NCBI GenBank assembly: GCA_012838545.1
Contig: DUPC01000031.1
Coordinates: forward strand, 34,148 to 98,147
Source: Acholeplasmataceae bacterium
GTDB lineage: Bacteria; Bacillota_I; Bacilli_A; ML615J-28; CAG-313
Length of the DNA: 64,000 nt
Direction: 5' to 3'
Numbering within the stretch: the first letter of the stretch is position 1; every line of letters begins with the position of its first letter. The translations under genes and the position numbers were made by a program. Shown piece after piece: positions 29,693 to 38,130 of the stretch. A model generated the notes under the pieces. That model did no database searches, was not told where the DNA came from, and saw only the letters and a list, made by a program, of their open reading frames with translations.

Positions 29693-31012
29693 ATGATGAG
29701 AAAATTGACATTTATCCAACCTAAATTACATATAGAAGAGGATAACAACGATCCGAACTATTGTAAGTTAAAGATATATCCTCTTGAACGCGGATACGGA
29801 ATGACAATTGGAAATGCCCTTCGCCGTGTCATGTTATCATCTTTACCGGGAGCAGCGATTGTAACGGTCTCGATTGAGGGTGTCGAACATGAATTTACCG
29901 GAATCCCATATATTTACGAAGATGTAACCGAAATCATCTTAAATCTTAAAAACATCATCCTAACCATTAACGATGACAAAAACGCTAAAGGCGATTATGG
30001 TGATGAAATAGTAACTTACCGTTTGGAATTAATCGAAGAATTGCCTTCTTTAAGCGAACAAAGAAAAAAAGGCATCTCGGAAGATAAATTAGTCCACTCA
30101 AAAGAAATTACCGCCGCACATATATCTACGACTTCCTCGGAAATCATTCGCATCGTTAACCCTGAACAAAAGATTTGCACGCTTTTGGCAGGCGGAAAAA
30201 TCAAGATGGAATTATTTGCCCGTAACGGCGTAGGTTATGTCAATGCAGACGACAACAAACGCTTTTGCAAAGAAGGTTCAAGCCGGGTTATCAACCGTTT
30301 ACCGATTGACTCGATTTTCACCCCAATCAAAAGGTGTCGTTACGATGTGGTTAAATCGCGTTACGAAGACAATTTCGATATCGACGAATTAATTTTTGAA
30401 GTTTGGACAAACGGTTCAATCAAACCAACAAACGCCGTATCACTAGCAGCGCATTTCTTAGTAGAGCATTTCCAAATTCTTGAAGACTTAAATGTCTATA
30501 TCAAGGAACGTGCATACATTATGCAAAAAGAGGAAAAAGTATCCAATAAGAAGTTGGATAAAAAGATTGAAGATCTCGACCTTTCAGTCCGTTCTTACAA
30601 CTGTTTAAAACGGGCTAATATCAATACCGTTGGCGAATTGACGCAAAAGACGGTTGAAGAAATGATGAAAGTCCGCAACTTAGGCCGTAAATCATTGAAA
30701 GAAGTAATTGAAAAATTGCGTGACATTGGTTTAAGCTTAAAGAGCGATGACGGATACAATGATTTTGCTGAAGGCGACGATAAAGATGTAACCGATAAGG
30801 ATGAACAAGATTTGGACGAAAACGCTCCGCCTCTTGATACAGGCTTATCCGTAGGTTTATACAATGCACTTAAGAGACAAAACATCAATACTATTGGCGA
30901 CTTGACAAGCAAAACAGTTGCTGAACTTAAAGAAGAATTTGGCTTTGATGCAAAACAAATAAAAGAAATCGAAAACATGCTCAAAGCTAAAGGTTTATCT
31001 TTAAGCGACTAA
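29693..31012 (+). CDS. rpoA: DNA-directed RNA polymerase alpha subunit, unusually long (439 aa) with a duplicated C-terminal domain
   Basis: The NTD (ERGYGMTIGNALRRVMLSSLPG) is followed by a canonical alpha-CTD (LDLSVRSYNCLKRANINTVGELTQKTVEEMMKVRNLGRKSL), then an acidic linker, then a second CTD-like HhH (LSVGLYNALKRQNINTIGDLTSKTVAELKEEF...GLSL). No stop codon separates them. Confidence 0.9.
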   Translation: MMRKLTFIQPKLHIEEDNNDPNYCKLKIYPLERGYGMTIGNALRRVMLSSLPGAAIVTVSIEGVEHEFTGIPYIYEDVTEIILNLKNIILTINDDKNAKGDYGDEIVTYRLELIEELPSLSEQRKKGISEDKLVHSKEITAAHISTTSSEIIRIVNPEQKICTLLAGGKIKMELFARNGVGYVNADDNKRFCKEGSSRVINRLPIDSIFTPIKRCRYDVVKSRYEDNFDIDELIFEVWTNGSIKPTNAVSLAAHFLVEHFQILEDLNVYIKERAYIMQKEEKVSNKKLDKKIEDLDLSVRSYNCLKRANINTVGELTQKTVEEMMKVRNLGRKSLKEVIEKLRDIGLSLKSDDGYNDFAEGDDKDVTDKDEQDLDENAPPLDTGLSVGLYNALKRQNINTIGDLTSKTVAELKEEFGFDAKQIKEIENMLKAKGLSLSD

Positions 31013-31048
31013 GAAACCATATAACTTGAAATAAAGGAGATTACTCAT

Positions 31049-31411
31049 ATGGCATTAGGATATCGTAAATTAAGCAGAAAGAGCCATCAAAGAAAAGCTT
31101 TATTTCGGGATTTAATCACAGATTTAATTTTGAACGGTCGAATTGAAACTACCGAAGCAAAAGCGAAAGAGTTGAAAAGGATTGCCGACAAAATGGTAAC
31201 CCTAGGCAAAAGAGGAGACTTGCATTCCCGCCGTCTCGCCGCTCAACTCATCCGTTTCGAAACGCTTGAAGACGGTCAATACGCCCTTCAAAAATTATTC
31301 AACGAGATTGCCCCGAAATATCAATCACGCAACGGCGGTTACACTAGAGTGTTGAAACTAGGAACACGTCGCGGCGATGCAGCTCCGATGGCGATTATCG
31401 AATTTGTTTAA
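31049..31411 (+). CDS. rplQ: 50S ribosomal protein L17
   Basis: Synteny and sequence. Confidence 0.95.
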   Translation: MALGYRKLSRKSHQRKALFRDLITDLILNGRIETTEAKAKELKRIADKMVTLGKRGDLHSRRLAAQLIRFETLEDGQYALQKLFNEIAPKYQSRNGGYTRVLKLGTRRGDAAPMAIIEFV

Positions 31412-31424
31412 TTAGGCAAAAATG

Positions 31425-31455
31425 AACACCGGTCAAGGTGTTTATTTTTCTTTTT
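31425..31455 (+). terminator. intrinsic terminator after rplQ
   Basis: AACACCggtcaaGGTGTT hairpin followed by a T-run. Confidence 0.55.
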
Positions 31456-31510
31456 GTCGGTCAAATAAAAAAGTAAACATTTGCCCAAAATAAGATATAT
31501 ATTCATCCGT

Positions 31511-31545
31511 TTGCAAAAGATATCAAAAAATGATAAAATTAGTTT
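31511..31545 (+). promoter_or_regulatory. sigma-A promoter (extended -10) for the NusG-II-like gene and ecf operon
   Basis: TTGCAA, a 17-nt spacer, then TGaTAAAAT. Confidence 0.4.
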
Positions 31546-31569
31546 ATAGTTTTAAGGATGGTGGGACTT

Positions 31570-32037
31570 ATGTCCAGACTAAATACCTTGTTTTTAGTAT
31601 CGAAACAAGTGCTCGTAATAATTTTGTGTAGCGTGGTTGTTGTTGTTTCAGTCGGTTTTGCCTCATTTTTTTCCTTGCGCGCAAACTTCGAATTGCGAAA
31701 AGCCAAAAAGGAAGCCTTGGAAAACGGCCAAGTGTTATATGTCGTTATTGAACAACACGAAGTGTTTAATTTTAATTTTAAACCCGGCGGTTCGGTTAAA
31801 GTATTGTACGAAGCCAAATTTACTGACGATTTATATCACTATCATCGTTACGAAAACGAATATGGTTACAACACGGTCGAAATAAAGAATGGCGAAGCCA
31901 AAGTAATTGAGGCGGATTGCCGGGATGGCAGATGCAAAAACTACTTAATCACCAACGGTTTGCGTTGGTTTGAATCGCCAGATATAAGTTGTTATCCCCA
32001 TGGCATCAAAATCAGATGGGAGGCCAGATCCTCATGA
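31570..32037 (+). CDS. membrane-anchored NusG domain II-containing (DUF1312-like) protein
   Basis: An N-terminal TM segment is followed by the motif CRDGRCKNYLITNGLRWF....ISCYPHGIKI, typical of NusG_II proteins. The stop overlaps the ecfA1 start (ATGA). The alternative start is ATG 31558. Confidence 0.5.
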   Translation: MSRLNTLFLVSKQVLVIILCSVVVVVSVGFASFFSLRANFELRKAKKEALENGQVLYVVIEQHEVFNFNFKPGGSVKVLYEAKFTDDLYHYHRYENEYGYNTVEIKNGEAKVIEADCRDGRCKNYLITNGLRWFESPDISCYPHGIKIRWEARSS

Positions 32038-32843
32038 GCATCGAATTCAAAAACGTAACCTTCGGATACACGAAAGAAATCGAAGTATTGAAAGATTTTA
32101 ATCTAAAGATCGAAGACGGACAAATGGTCTCGATTATCGGACATAACGGCAGCGGAAAAAGCACCTTAGCCAAGCTAATCGTCGGTCTGGTGGAAGCTTG
32201 CTCAGGCGAGGTTTGCATCGACGGTGTTAACTTAACCCCGGAAAACATCGACGAATTTCGATTAAAGATGGGTATTATTTTTCAAAATCCCGATAATCAA
32301 TTTGTCGGGGTAACGGTAAAAGACGATATTGCCTTTGGATTGGAAAACCATAATGTGCCAAGGGAAGAAATGATTAAAAAAATTGCCCACTACGCAAAAC
32401 TCGTCAACATGGAAGACTATTTGGAAGCAAACCCCGAAAACTTATCCGGCGGTCAAAAGCAAAGGGTAGCGATTGCGGGGGTGTTGGCGATGGAAACGGA
32501 AATCATTATCTTTGACGAAGCCACTTCGATGCTTGACCCAAAAGGCACAAAAGAAATTATCGAAACCATTAAGAATTTAAAAAGAAACGAAAATAAAACC
32601 ATAATTATGATTACCCATAATTTAGAAGAAGTCGTGTTTTCGGACCGGGTGATTGTTCTAAACGAAGGAAAGATTGTTTTGGACGGAACACCTAAGGAAG
32701 TATTGAGAAAACGGGAAATTTTGGAAGAAAGCGGTCTGGCCGTAATCGACAGCATTCAACTAATATCGGAAATTGAAAGCAGCAATCTACCTAACAAACA
32801 AGCATTAGTGGAGGCCTTATGGGAATTAACTTTCGCAATGTAA
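32034..32843 (+). CDS. ecfA1: ECF transporter ATPase component EcfA1
   Basis: MSIEFKNVTFGY; Walker A GHNGSGKST; ABC signature LSGGQKQR. Follows rplQ, as the ECF module does in B. subtilis. Confidence 0.9.
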   Translation: MSIEFKNVTFGYTKEIEVLKDFNLKIEDGQMVSIIGHNGSGKSTLAKLIVGLVEACSGEVCIDGVNLTPENIDEFRLKMGIIFQNPDNQFVGVTVKDDIAFGLENHNVPREEMIKKIAHYAKLVNMEDYLEANPENLSGGQKQRVAIAGVLAMETEIIIFDEATSMLDPKGTKEIIETIKNLKRNENKTIIMITHNLEEVVFSDRVIVLNEGKIVLDGTPKEVLRKREILEESGLAVIDSIQLISEIESSNLPNKQALVEALWELTFAM

Positions 32844-33682
32844 GTTTTCGTTACAACAAAAAAGCGTCCAAACCGACTTTGGACAATATAACGCTCGATA
32901 TTTTTAAAAAAAGCGAGTTCATCACGATTTTGGGTCATACCGGAAGCGGAAAGAGCACCCTTGTGCAACACATGAATGCACTCCTTCTTCCCGATGAAGG
33001 CGAAGTCGAAATCTTCGGAAAACACATTACCAAAAAATACAAAGACAAACTGAAAGACACCAGAAAAAAAGTCGGACTCGTATTTCAATTTCCTGAATAC
33101 CAATTGTTTGAAGAAACTGTTCTGAAAGACATTATGTTTGGTCCCAAGAATTTTGGTTTAAGCGACCAAGAGGCTAAAAGCAAAGCTATTGAAGCCTGCA
33201 AACAAGTCGGTTTAGGCGAAGAACTTTGGACCCGTTCGCCTTTTACCTTAAGTGGCGGACAAATGAGAAGAGTGGCGATTGCGGGGATATTAGCCAGCGA
33301 ACCGGATGTTTTAATTCTTGATGAACCGACCGTGGGACTTGACCCCGTCGGTAAAAAAGAATTGCTGAATTTGCTGGAAGATATTAGAATCAATACCGGC
33401 AAGACAATAGTCATTATTTCGCACGACATGAATGTCGTCGCCAAACACGCAACCCGAGTAATTGTCCTAAATGACGGCAAAGTTGTCTATAATGGCCCAA
33501 AATTGCCCTTATTTTCGGATTTGGAGCGTCTTCGCTCGTTTAATCTGGATTTGCCTGACTCTGCACGGATTGCCATCGAATTAAAGGAAAAAGGTCTAAT
33601 CGATTTTGATGAGCTTCCTTTAGCTTTGGAAGAACTAAGGAAACACTTAAAATTAAACCTTCAGGGTGCCGGTTATGAATAA
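32819..33682 (+). CDS. ecfA2: ECF transporter ATPase component EcfA2
   Basis: Walker A GHTGSGKST; signature LSGGQMRR. Overlaps ecfA1 by 25 nt. Confidence 0.9.
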   Translation: MGINFRNVSFRYNKKASKPTLDNITLDIFKKSEFITILGHTGSGKSTLVQHMNALLLPDEGEVEIFGKHITKKYKDKLKDTRKKVGLVFQFPEYQLFEETVLKDIMFGPKNFGLSDQEAKSKAIEACKQVGLGEELWTRSPFTLSGGQMRRVAIAGILASEPDVLILDEPTVGLDPVGKKELLNLLEDIRINTGKTIVIISHDMNVVAKHATRVIVLNDGKVVYNGPKLPLFSDLERLRSFNLDLPDSARIAIELKEKGLIDFDELPLALEELRKHLKLNLQGAGYE

Positions 33683-34652
33683 AATCGCTTTTGGTCAGTA
33701 TTATCATACCGATAGTTTTATTCATCGTTTAGACCCAAGAACCAAGATAATTTCCTTGATTTTGATGATGGTGTTTATCTTTGTTATTCCCAAAAACCAA
33801 TTTGTTGTTTTAGGCTTTTCGGTTGCGCTTTTATTGGCAGTGGTTTTTTTAACCAAAGTGCCGTTAATCCGTTATTTGAAAAGTTTAAAGCAAATCATGT
33901 TTTTGCTAATTTTTTCCTTTTTCTTTCAAGCTTTGTTCAATAATAGCGGCGATTTGCTTTTGACAATCAATCAAAACATTTCGATTGCCAATATCGCTTT
34001 GGGTGTTGTTTTAATCGTTTTATATTTGTTTTTCAGGAAATACTTACCGTTAAAGTTTCTTTGGTTGATTTTGTTGGTTATTGCCATTATATATATATTC
34101 CAATATCCGATTATCGGCCAAAGCCTCAAATCCTATCAACTAAAAGTATACCGAGACGGTGTGGTTACCGGTTTCTTTATCATCGTAAGAATCATGCTTT
34201 TGATTGTATTTTCGTCGATTTTGACCCTAACCACCAAACCGACGGATTTAAACAATGCCTTGGAATGGTTGATGAGACCGCTTGAATGGGTTAAAATCCC
34301 TACGAGCGTCCTCGCTATGATGATATCCATTTCTCTTCGCTTCATCCCAACGCTCTTTTTGGAAACCGAACGAATCTTGAAAGCGCAAGCCTCGCGGGGA
34401 GTGGATTTTAAAGAGGGAAAAGTTAAAGCCAAAATCACGCAAATAATTTCCCTTTTGATTCCGATGTTTATTATATCCTTTAAAAGGGCTTTCGATTTGG
34501 CCGACGCCATGGAAGCAAGGGGATATATTCCTGGTGCCAAAAGAACGAAACTGGCTTTACTGAAATTTGGTTTAAGCGATTATTTTGTGTTAATCTTTGC
34601 CTTGGGAATTGTTATAGGATTAATTGTTTTAAGGGTGAACCATGCGCTATAA
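33666..34652 (+). CDS. ecfT: ECF transporter transmembrane component EcfT
   Basis: Polytopic membrane protein with the EcfT N-terminal motif (YHTDSFIHRLDPRTK) and the conserved ARG coupling-motif region. Confidence 0.88.
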   Translation: MPVMNKIAFGQYYHTDSFIHRLDPRTKIISLILMMVFIFVIPKNQFVVLGFSVALLLAVVFLTKVPLIRYLKSLKQIMFLLIFSFFFQALFNNSGDLLLTINQNISIANIALGVVLIVLYLFFRKYLPLKFLWLILLVIAIIYIFQYPIIGQSLKSYQLKVYRDGVVTGFFIIVRIMLLIVFSSILTLTTKPTDLNNALEWLMRPLEWVKIPTSVLAMMISISLRFIPTLFLETERILKAQASRGVDFKEGKVKAKITQIISLLIPMFIISFKRAFDLADAMEARGYIPGAKRTKLALLKFGLSDYFVLIFALGIVIGLIVLRVNHAL

Positions 34653-35370
34653 AATGATAATCAGTTACGATGGCAGTTACTTTCACGGTTTTCAAAGACA
34701 AAAGGATTATTTGACTGTTCAGGAAATCTTGGAAAAAGCTATTTCGGAAATTGCCAAAGAAACGGTTACTGTAAAAAGTTCGGGAAGAACCGATACTGGG
34801 GTTCATGCTTTGGGGCAAGTCATTCATTTTGACATATTGAATAAAATACCGCCCAAAAATTTTGCCAAGGTATTAAACAAAAAACTTTATCCCCACATAT
34901 ATATCAAAGAAGCTCAAATTGTGGACGATTTGTTTCATGCGCGGAAACTGGCTGTCAAGAAAGAATATCACTATATCGTTTCTTTAAATGAATTCAATCC
35001 GCTTGAAGCCATGTACAAGCACTTTTTCCACAACCGTATCGATATTGCCAAAATCAAAGAAGCGATGACCTACATTGTGGGAAAACACGATTTCAAAACC
35101 TTCAACAAAAACAAGCAAATCAAGAATACGGTAAGGACAATCGAATCGTTTGAACTGGAAGCAAAAAACAACGAACTGATCTTTAAAATCGTTGGAGACG
35201 GTTTCATGCATAATATGGTGCGGATAATCATTGCCTTGATGTTAAAGGTGGGCGAAGGAAAATATGAACCAAGCGAAGTAAAACAAATGATTGAAGGAAG
35301 AAACAGGAAACTTGTTCCTTACGTTGCCCCCGCAAACGGTCTATATTTGGTAAAAGTATATTACGACTAA
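34642..35370 (+). CDS. truA: tRNA pseudouridine(38-40) synthase
   Basis: MRYKMIISYDGSYFHGFQRQ..GRTDTGVHA. It is the last gene of the alpha/ECF cluster. Confidence 0.93.
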   Translation: MRYKMIISYDGSYFHGFQRQKDYLTVQEILEKAISEIAKETVTVKSSGRTDTGVHALGQVIHFDILNKIPPKNFAKVLNKKLYPHIYIKEAQIVDDLFHARKLAVKKEYHYIVSLNEFNPLEAMYKHFFHNRIDIAKIKEAMTYIVGKHDFKTFNKNKQIKNTVRTIESFELEAKNNELIFKIVGDGFMHNMVRIIIALMLKVGEGKYEPSEVKQMIEGRNRKLVPYVAPANGLYLVKVYYD

Positions 35371-35403
35371 AAAAGTTTAGGTATCGGCCTAAACTTTTTT
35401 TAT
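35371..35403 (+). terminator. intrinsic terminator after truA
   Basis: AAAGTTTAGGtatcggCCTAAACTTT followed by a T-run. Confidence 0.65.
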
Positions 35404-35490
35404 AAAATATATATATGAAAAAAGAAATACTTGCAATTTAACGAAATAAACTGTATAATAAATTTATATTATACGAGGAGGGAAGCGATA

Positions 35491-35907
35491 ATGATAAAAA
35501 GAATTGGCATGGCCTTTTTAACCGTTTTAATGTTTTTATCGCTTTCTTCGTATTTCCCCGCTGCTTCTGCCAAAAGCTCTTTGGATAATACTTATTATTA
35601 TTTAGAAGAAATATACGATAATTTATTGTTGACGGAACAGGACTTAAAAAGGATGAAAAAGCACTTAAAAAAGAAAGATAAGAGGAGTCGCAATTTCTTG
35701 AAAAGGATTGATGACAAAATCAAGAAACTTTGTTTAAAACATTTTAAGACCGAAAAAGCAAAAGATGTTGCCATCTTGGAAAAATACGGTTTAGCCGGAG
35801 AATCGGTTGGAATCTATTTTAACAAAGATTCCAAGGGTAAAGAAAATAAAAGCGTTTTGATAATCGATTACCGCGAAAAAGAATTGTATACTTGGATTGA
35901 TTTATAA
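35491..35907 (+). CDS. secreted lysine-rich coiled-coil protein (hypothetical)
   Basis: The signal peptide MIKRIGMAFLTVLMFLSLSSYFPAASA is followed by a K/R-rich helical region. The RBS GAGGAGGG precedes ATG 35491. Confidence 0.5.
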   Translation: MIKRIGMAFLTVLMFLSLSSYFPAASAKSSLDNTYYYLEEIYDNLLLTEQDLKRMKKHLKKKDKRSRNFLKRIDDKIKKLCLKHFKTEKAKDVAILEKYGLAGESVGIYFNKDSKGKENKSVLIIDYREKELYTWIDL

Positions 35908-35909
35908 AA

Positions 35910-35945
35910 AACAACCAGATATTTGTTTTATCTGGTTGTTTTTGT
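35910..35945. terminator. bidirectional terminator between convergent genes
   Basis: A 12-bp stem AACAACCAGATA / TATCTGGTTGTT with T/A runs on both sides. Confidence 0.65.
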
Positions 35946-35946
35946 T

Positions 35947-36171
35947 TTATTCGCTTTTTTTAGGTGGTTTTTTTTGATATTTTTCCATCAGCATTTTTTC
36001 GCCCATTGCTACTTGTTGTTTTGTTTTTAACCCGCCCATAAGCGGAAGTTCCCCCAAGGTTTCCGGTTCAATGCTTAAGTCTTTGCCGAACTCGGTATCC
36101 TTTTTTAGCTTTTGTTTGATATCGCGGGTTGTCGGTTTGTTCTTTAGGTTGGAATTTGGGTTGTTGTTCAT
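35947..36171 (-). CDS. small hydrophilic basic protein (74 aa, hypothetical)
   Basis: The RBS AAAGGAGG lies 7 nt before ATG 36171. The protein is low-complexity and K-rich, and a terminator follows it. Confidence 0.45.
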   Translation of the reverse strand: MNNNPNSNLKNKPTTRDIKQKLKKDTEFGKDLSIEPETLGELPLMGGLKTKQQVAMGEKMLMEKYQKKPPKKSE

Positions 36172-36267
36172 CACGGCACCTCCTTTTTATATTATCGATC
36201 GCTTCTTCAAAATATATACATTCAAAAATAAAATTTAAAAGGATGAAGTTTTAAAATATGCTATCAA

Positions 36268-36296
36268 TTGAAAACGGGGGCGGTTTATGGTATAAT
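36268..36296 (+). promoter_or_regulatory. sigma-A promoter (extended -10) for lipoprotein amidase 1
   Basis: TTGAAA, a 17-nt spacer, then TGgTATAAT. Confidence 0.45.
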
Positions 36297-36318
36297 TTTC
36301 ACAGTGGAGGACAGGAAG

Positions 36319-38004
36319 ATGAAAGCTATAAAAATACGGTATTTTTTATTTATGATAGGTTTGGCATTTTGTTTGACCGGATGTAAGCCTTCAGTCAATT
36401 ATGACGAAATCGGACAAACACTTCTTGGCGATTTACCGGATTTAATCTTCGCCAATGAATTTCAATATGATTTTCCTGAAGAATACCAAGGTCATAAGAT
36501 TACTTGGGAGTTTTCGAAAAGCGATTATATCGATGAAAGCGGGAAGTTTATTGAACCGCCATTTCACGATGCGACGTTAAAACTGAGCGTTTTTGTGGAC
36601 GGCGAAAAAGCCGGAACCAAGAACATCACTTTATCGAGAAATTTAACCAACTATTTTAGCGAAATCGAAAAATATGTCAAAAGCTTTATCAAAGACCGCG
36701 CCCGCGGCGATGTCAGACTGATGACAACCTATTACGATATCGAGGGAATTGAAATCGGCTATACTTCTTCAAAGCCCGAGATTGTCGATAACACCGGTAA
36801 ATATTATAATCACGAGTATGATGAGGAAATCATCTTTGATGTTTCGGTATCATTTCGGGGAAAAACCCACGAATTTCAAGTCAAACATATATCCGTGGGA
36901 ATTCCCGACATGGAAAAAGTCGTCAAAATCGATGAATGGTTGCAAGAAGAACTCGCCAACATGACTTTCGTCGATGGAATGGAACTTCCTCAGACTCATC
37001 CTCTTTACGGGGGCAGAATCCGTTGGATAGCGGAAGACCCGTTTGTGGTTTTGAACAATAAGGATTTCTTCTTGCCGATGGATGAAGGCACATATATGTT
37101 GATGGCGGAAATCAATTATCCCGGGGCTTTTGAATATTTCCGATATTTTGTAGATTTGCAAGCAACCGAAATCAAAGACCCGTTAGAACGCGCCAAATGC
37201 TTTATTGAAGTGGCAACCCCGAAAGAAATCGAAGAATTTATCGTTTTGTATAATGGCGAGGGTGCGAATATTACGCGAAACATAATCGGCGATGATGTCA
37301 ATTGGCAAGTGCACGGAGGGACTAAACCCGAAGTTCCTCAAAACGTTTTGGACAGCAGAATGTATGAAGGGTACACCATGCCGAACGAAGATAATGTTTT
37401 ATGGATTGTCGTCCACGAAACAGGAATGAAATTGACGGGATTGTTTGCGGAGGCGTTTGACAAGGTTCAATGGGACCGGGCAACCGGAGACACAAAACCT
37501 GACAGCGTATCTTGGCATTATACCGTTGACGACCACCAAATCATTCAAAACTATGAAGACGACATTGCCTGTTGGCATGCAGGTGACGGCAGCGCAATCG
37601 GCGGCGGAAATAAAAACGGCATCGGTATCGAAATGTGTATCAATCCGGACGGAAAATACGATGCTTCTTTCCGAAACGACGCAAGACTTGTGGCATCACT
37701 TTTGATCAGACACAACTTGAATATGGCAAATGTCAAAAGACATCGCGACTTTATGTCCAAAGATTGTCCAGAAACAATGATTAAAGAAAGACGCTGGTTT
37801 GAATTCTTGGATTTGGTCGCCAAAGAATATATATCTCAAACTCTTTTGTCGCAATTCGAGATAACTTATGAAATCAACTCAGAAGCTTTGGCAACATGGC
37901 CAATCGCCGGAGTTTATCAAAAAGTTGATGGCTTTACGGAAGATATCACCGTTATTGCCAAAATTGCAAGCGAAGAGTTAAGCCTTGCGATAAAATTGAA
38001 TTAA
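36319..38004 (+). CDS. lipoprotein with unknown N-terminal domains and a C-terminal N-acetylmuramoyl-L-alanine amidase (Amidase_2/PGRP) domain
   Basis: The lipobox LTGC follows the signal peptide. The C-terminus reads VVHETG...WHYTVDD...WHAGDG..IGIEMC..KRHRDF..CPET, giving Zn-amidase His/His/Cys ligands. The RBS is GTGGAGGA. Confidence 0.75.
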   Translation: MKAIKIRYFLFMIGLAFCLTGCKPSVNYDEIGQTLLGDLPDLIFANEFQYDFPEEYQGHKITWEFSKSDYIDESGKFIEPPFHDATLKLSVFVDGEKAGTKNITLSRNLTNYFSEIEKYVKSFIKDRARGDVRLMTTYYDIEGIEIGYTSSKPEIVDNTGKYYNHEYDEEIIFDVSVSFRGKTHEFQVKHISVGIPDMEKVVKIDEWLQEELANMTFVDGMELPQTHPLYGGRIRWIAEDPFVVLNNKDFFLPMDEGTYMLMAEINYPGAFEYFRYFVDLQATEIKDPLERAKCFIEVATPKEIEEFIVLYNGEGANITRNIIGDDVNWQVHGGTKPEVPQNVLDSRMYEGYTMPNEDNVLWIVVHETGMKLTGLFAEAFDKVQWDRATGDTKPDSVSWHYTVDDHQIIQNYEDDIACWHAGDGSAIGGGNKNGIGIEMCINPDGKYDASFRNDARLVASLLIRHNLNMANVKRHRDFMSKDCPETMIKERRWFEFLDLVAKEYISQTLLSQFEITYEINSEALATWPIAGVYQKVDGFTEDITVIAKIASEELSLAIKLN

Positions 38005-38017
38005 TCAAATAAATACC

Positions 38018-38055
38018 GAAAGGAGAAAAACAGTTGTTCTTTTTCTCCTTTTTGT
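38018..38055 (+). terminator. intrinsic terminator between the two amidase paralogs
   Basis: GAAAGGAGAAAAAcagttgttcTTTTTCTCCTTTT. Confidence 0.55.
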
Positions 38056-38130
38056 TTTCATTGGCAATTGGGTAATATTTTATGGTATACTTGTTCTTGT
38101 ATAATATTAAAAAAGCAAAGAGGAAGATAT

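Noticed and set aside
30595-30984. 129-aa minus-strand ORF spanning the rpoA CTD region, which might suggest the 3' part of rpoA is a separate gene
   Set aside because: The + strand frame is continuous from the rpoA NTD through both CTD-like units with no stop. The second unit is recognisably homologous to the alpha-CTD. The minus ORF has no RBS.
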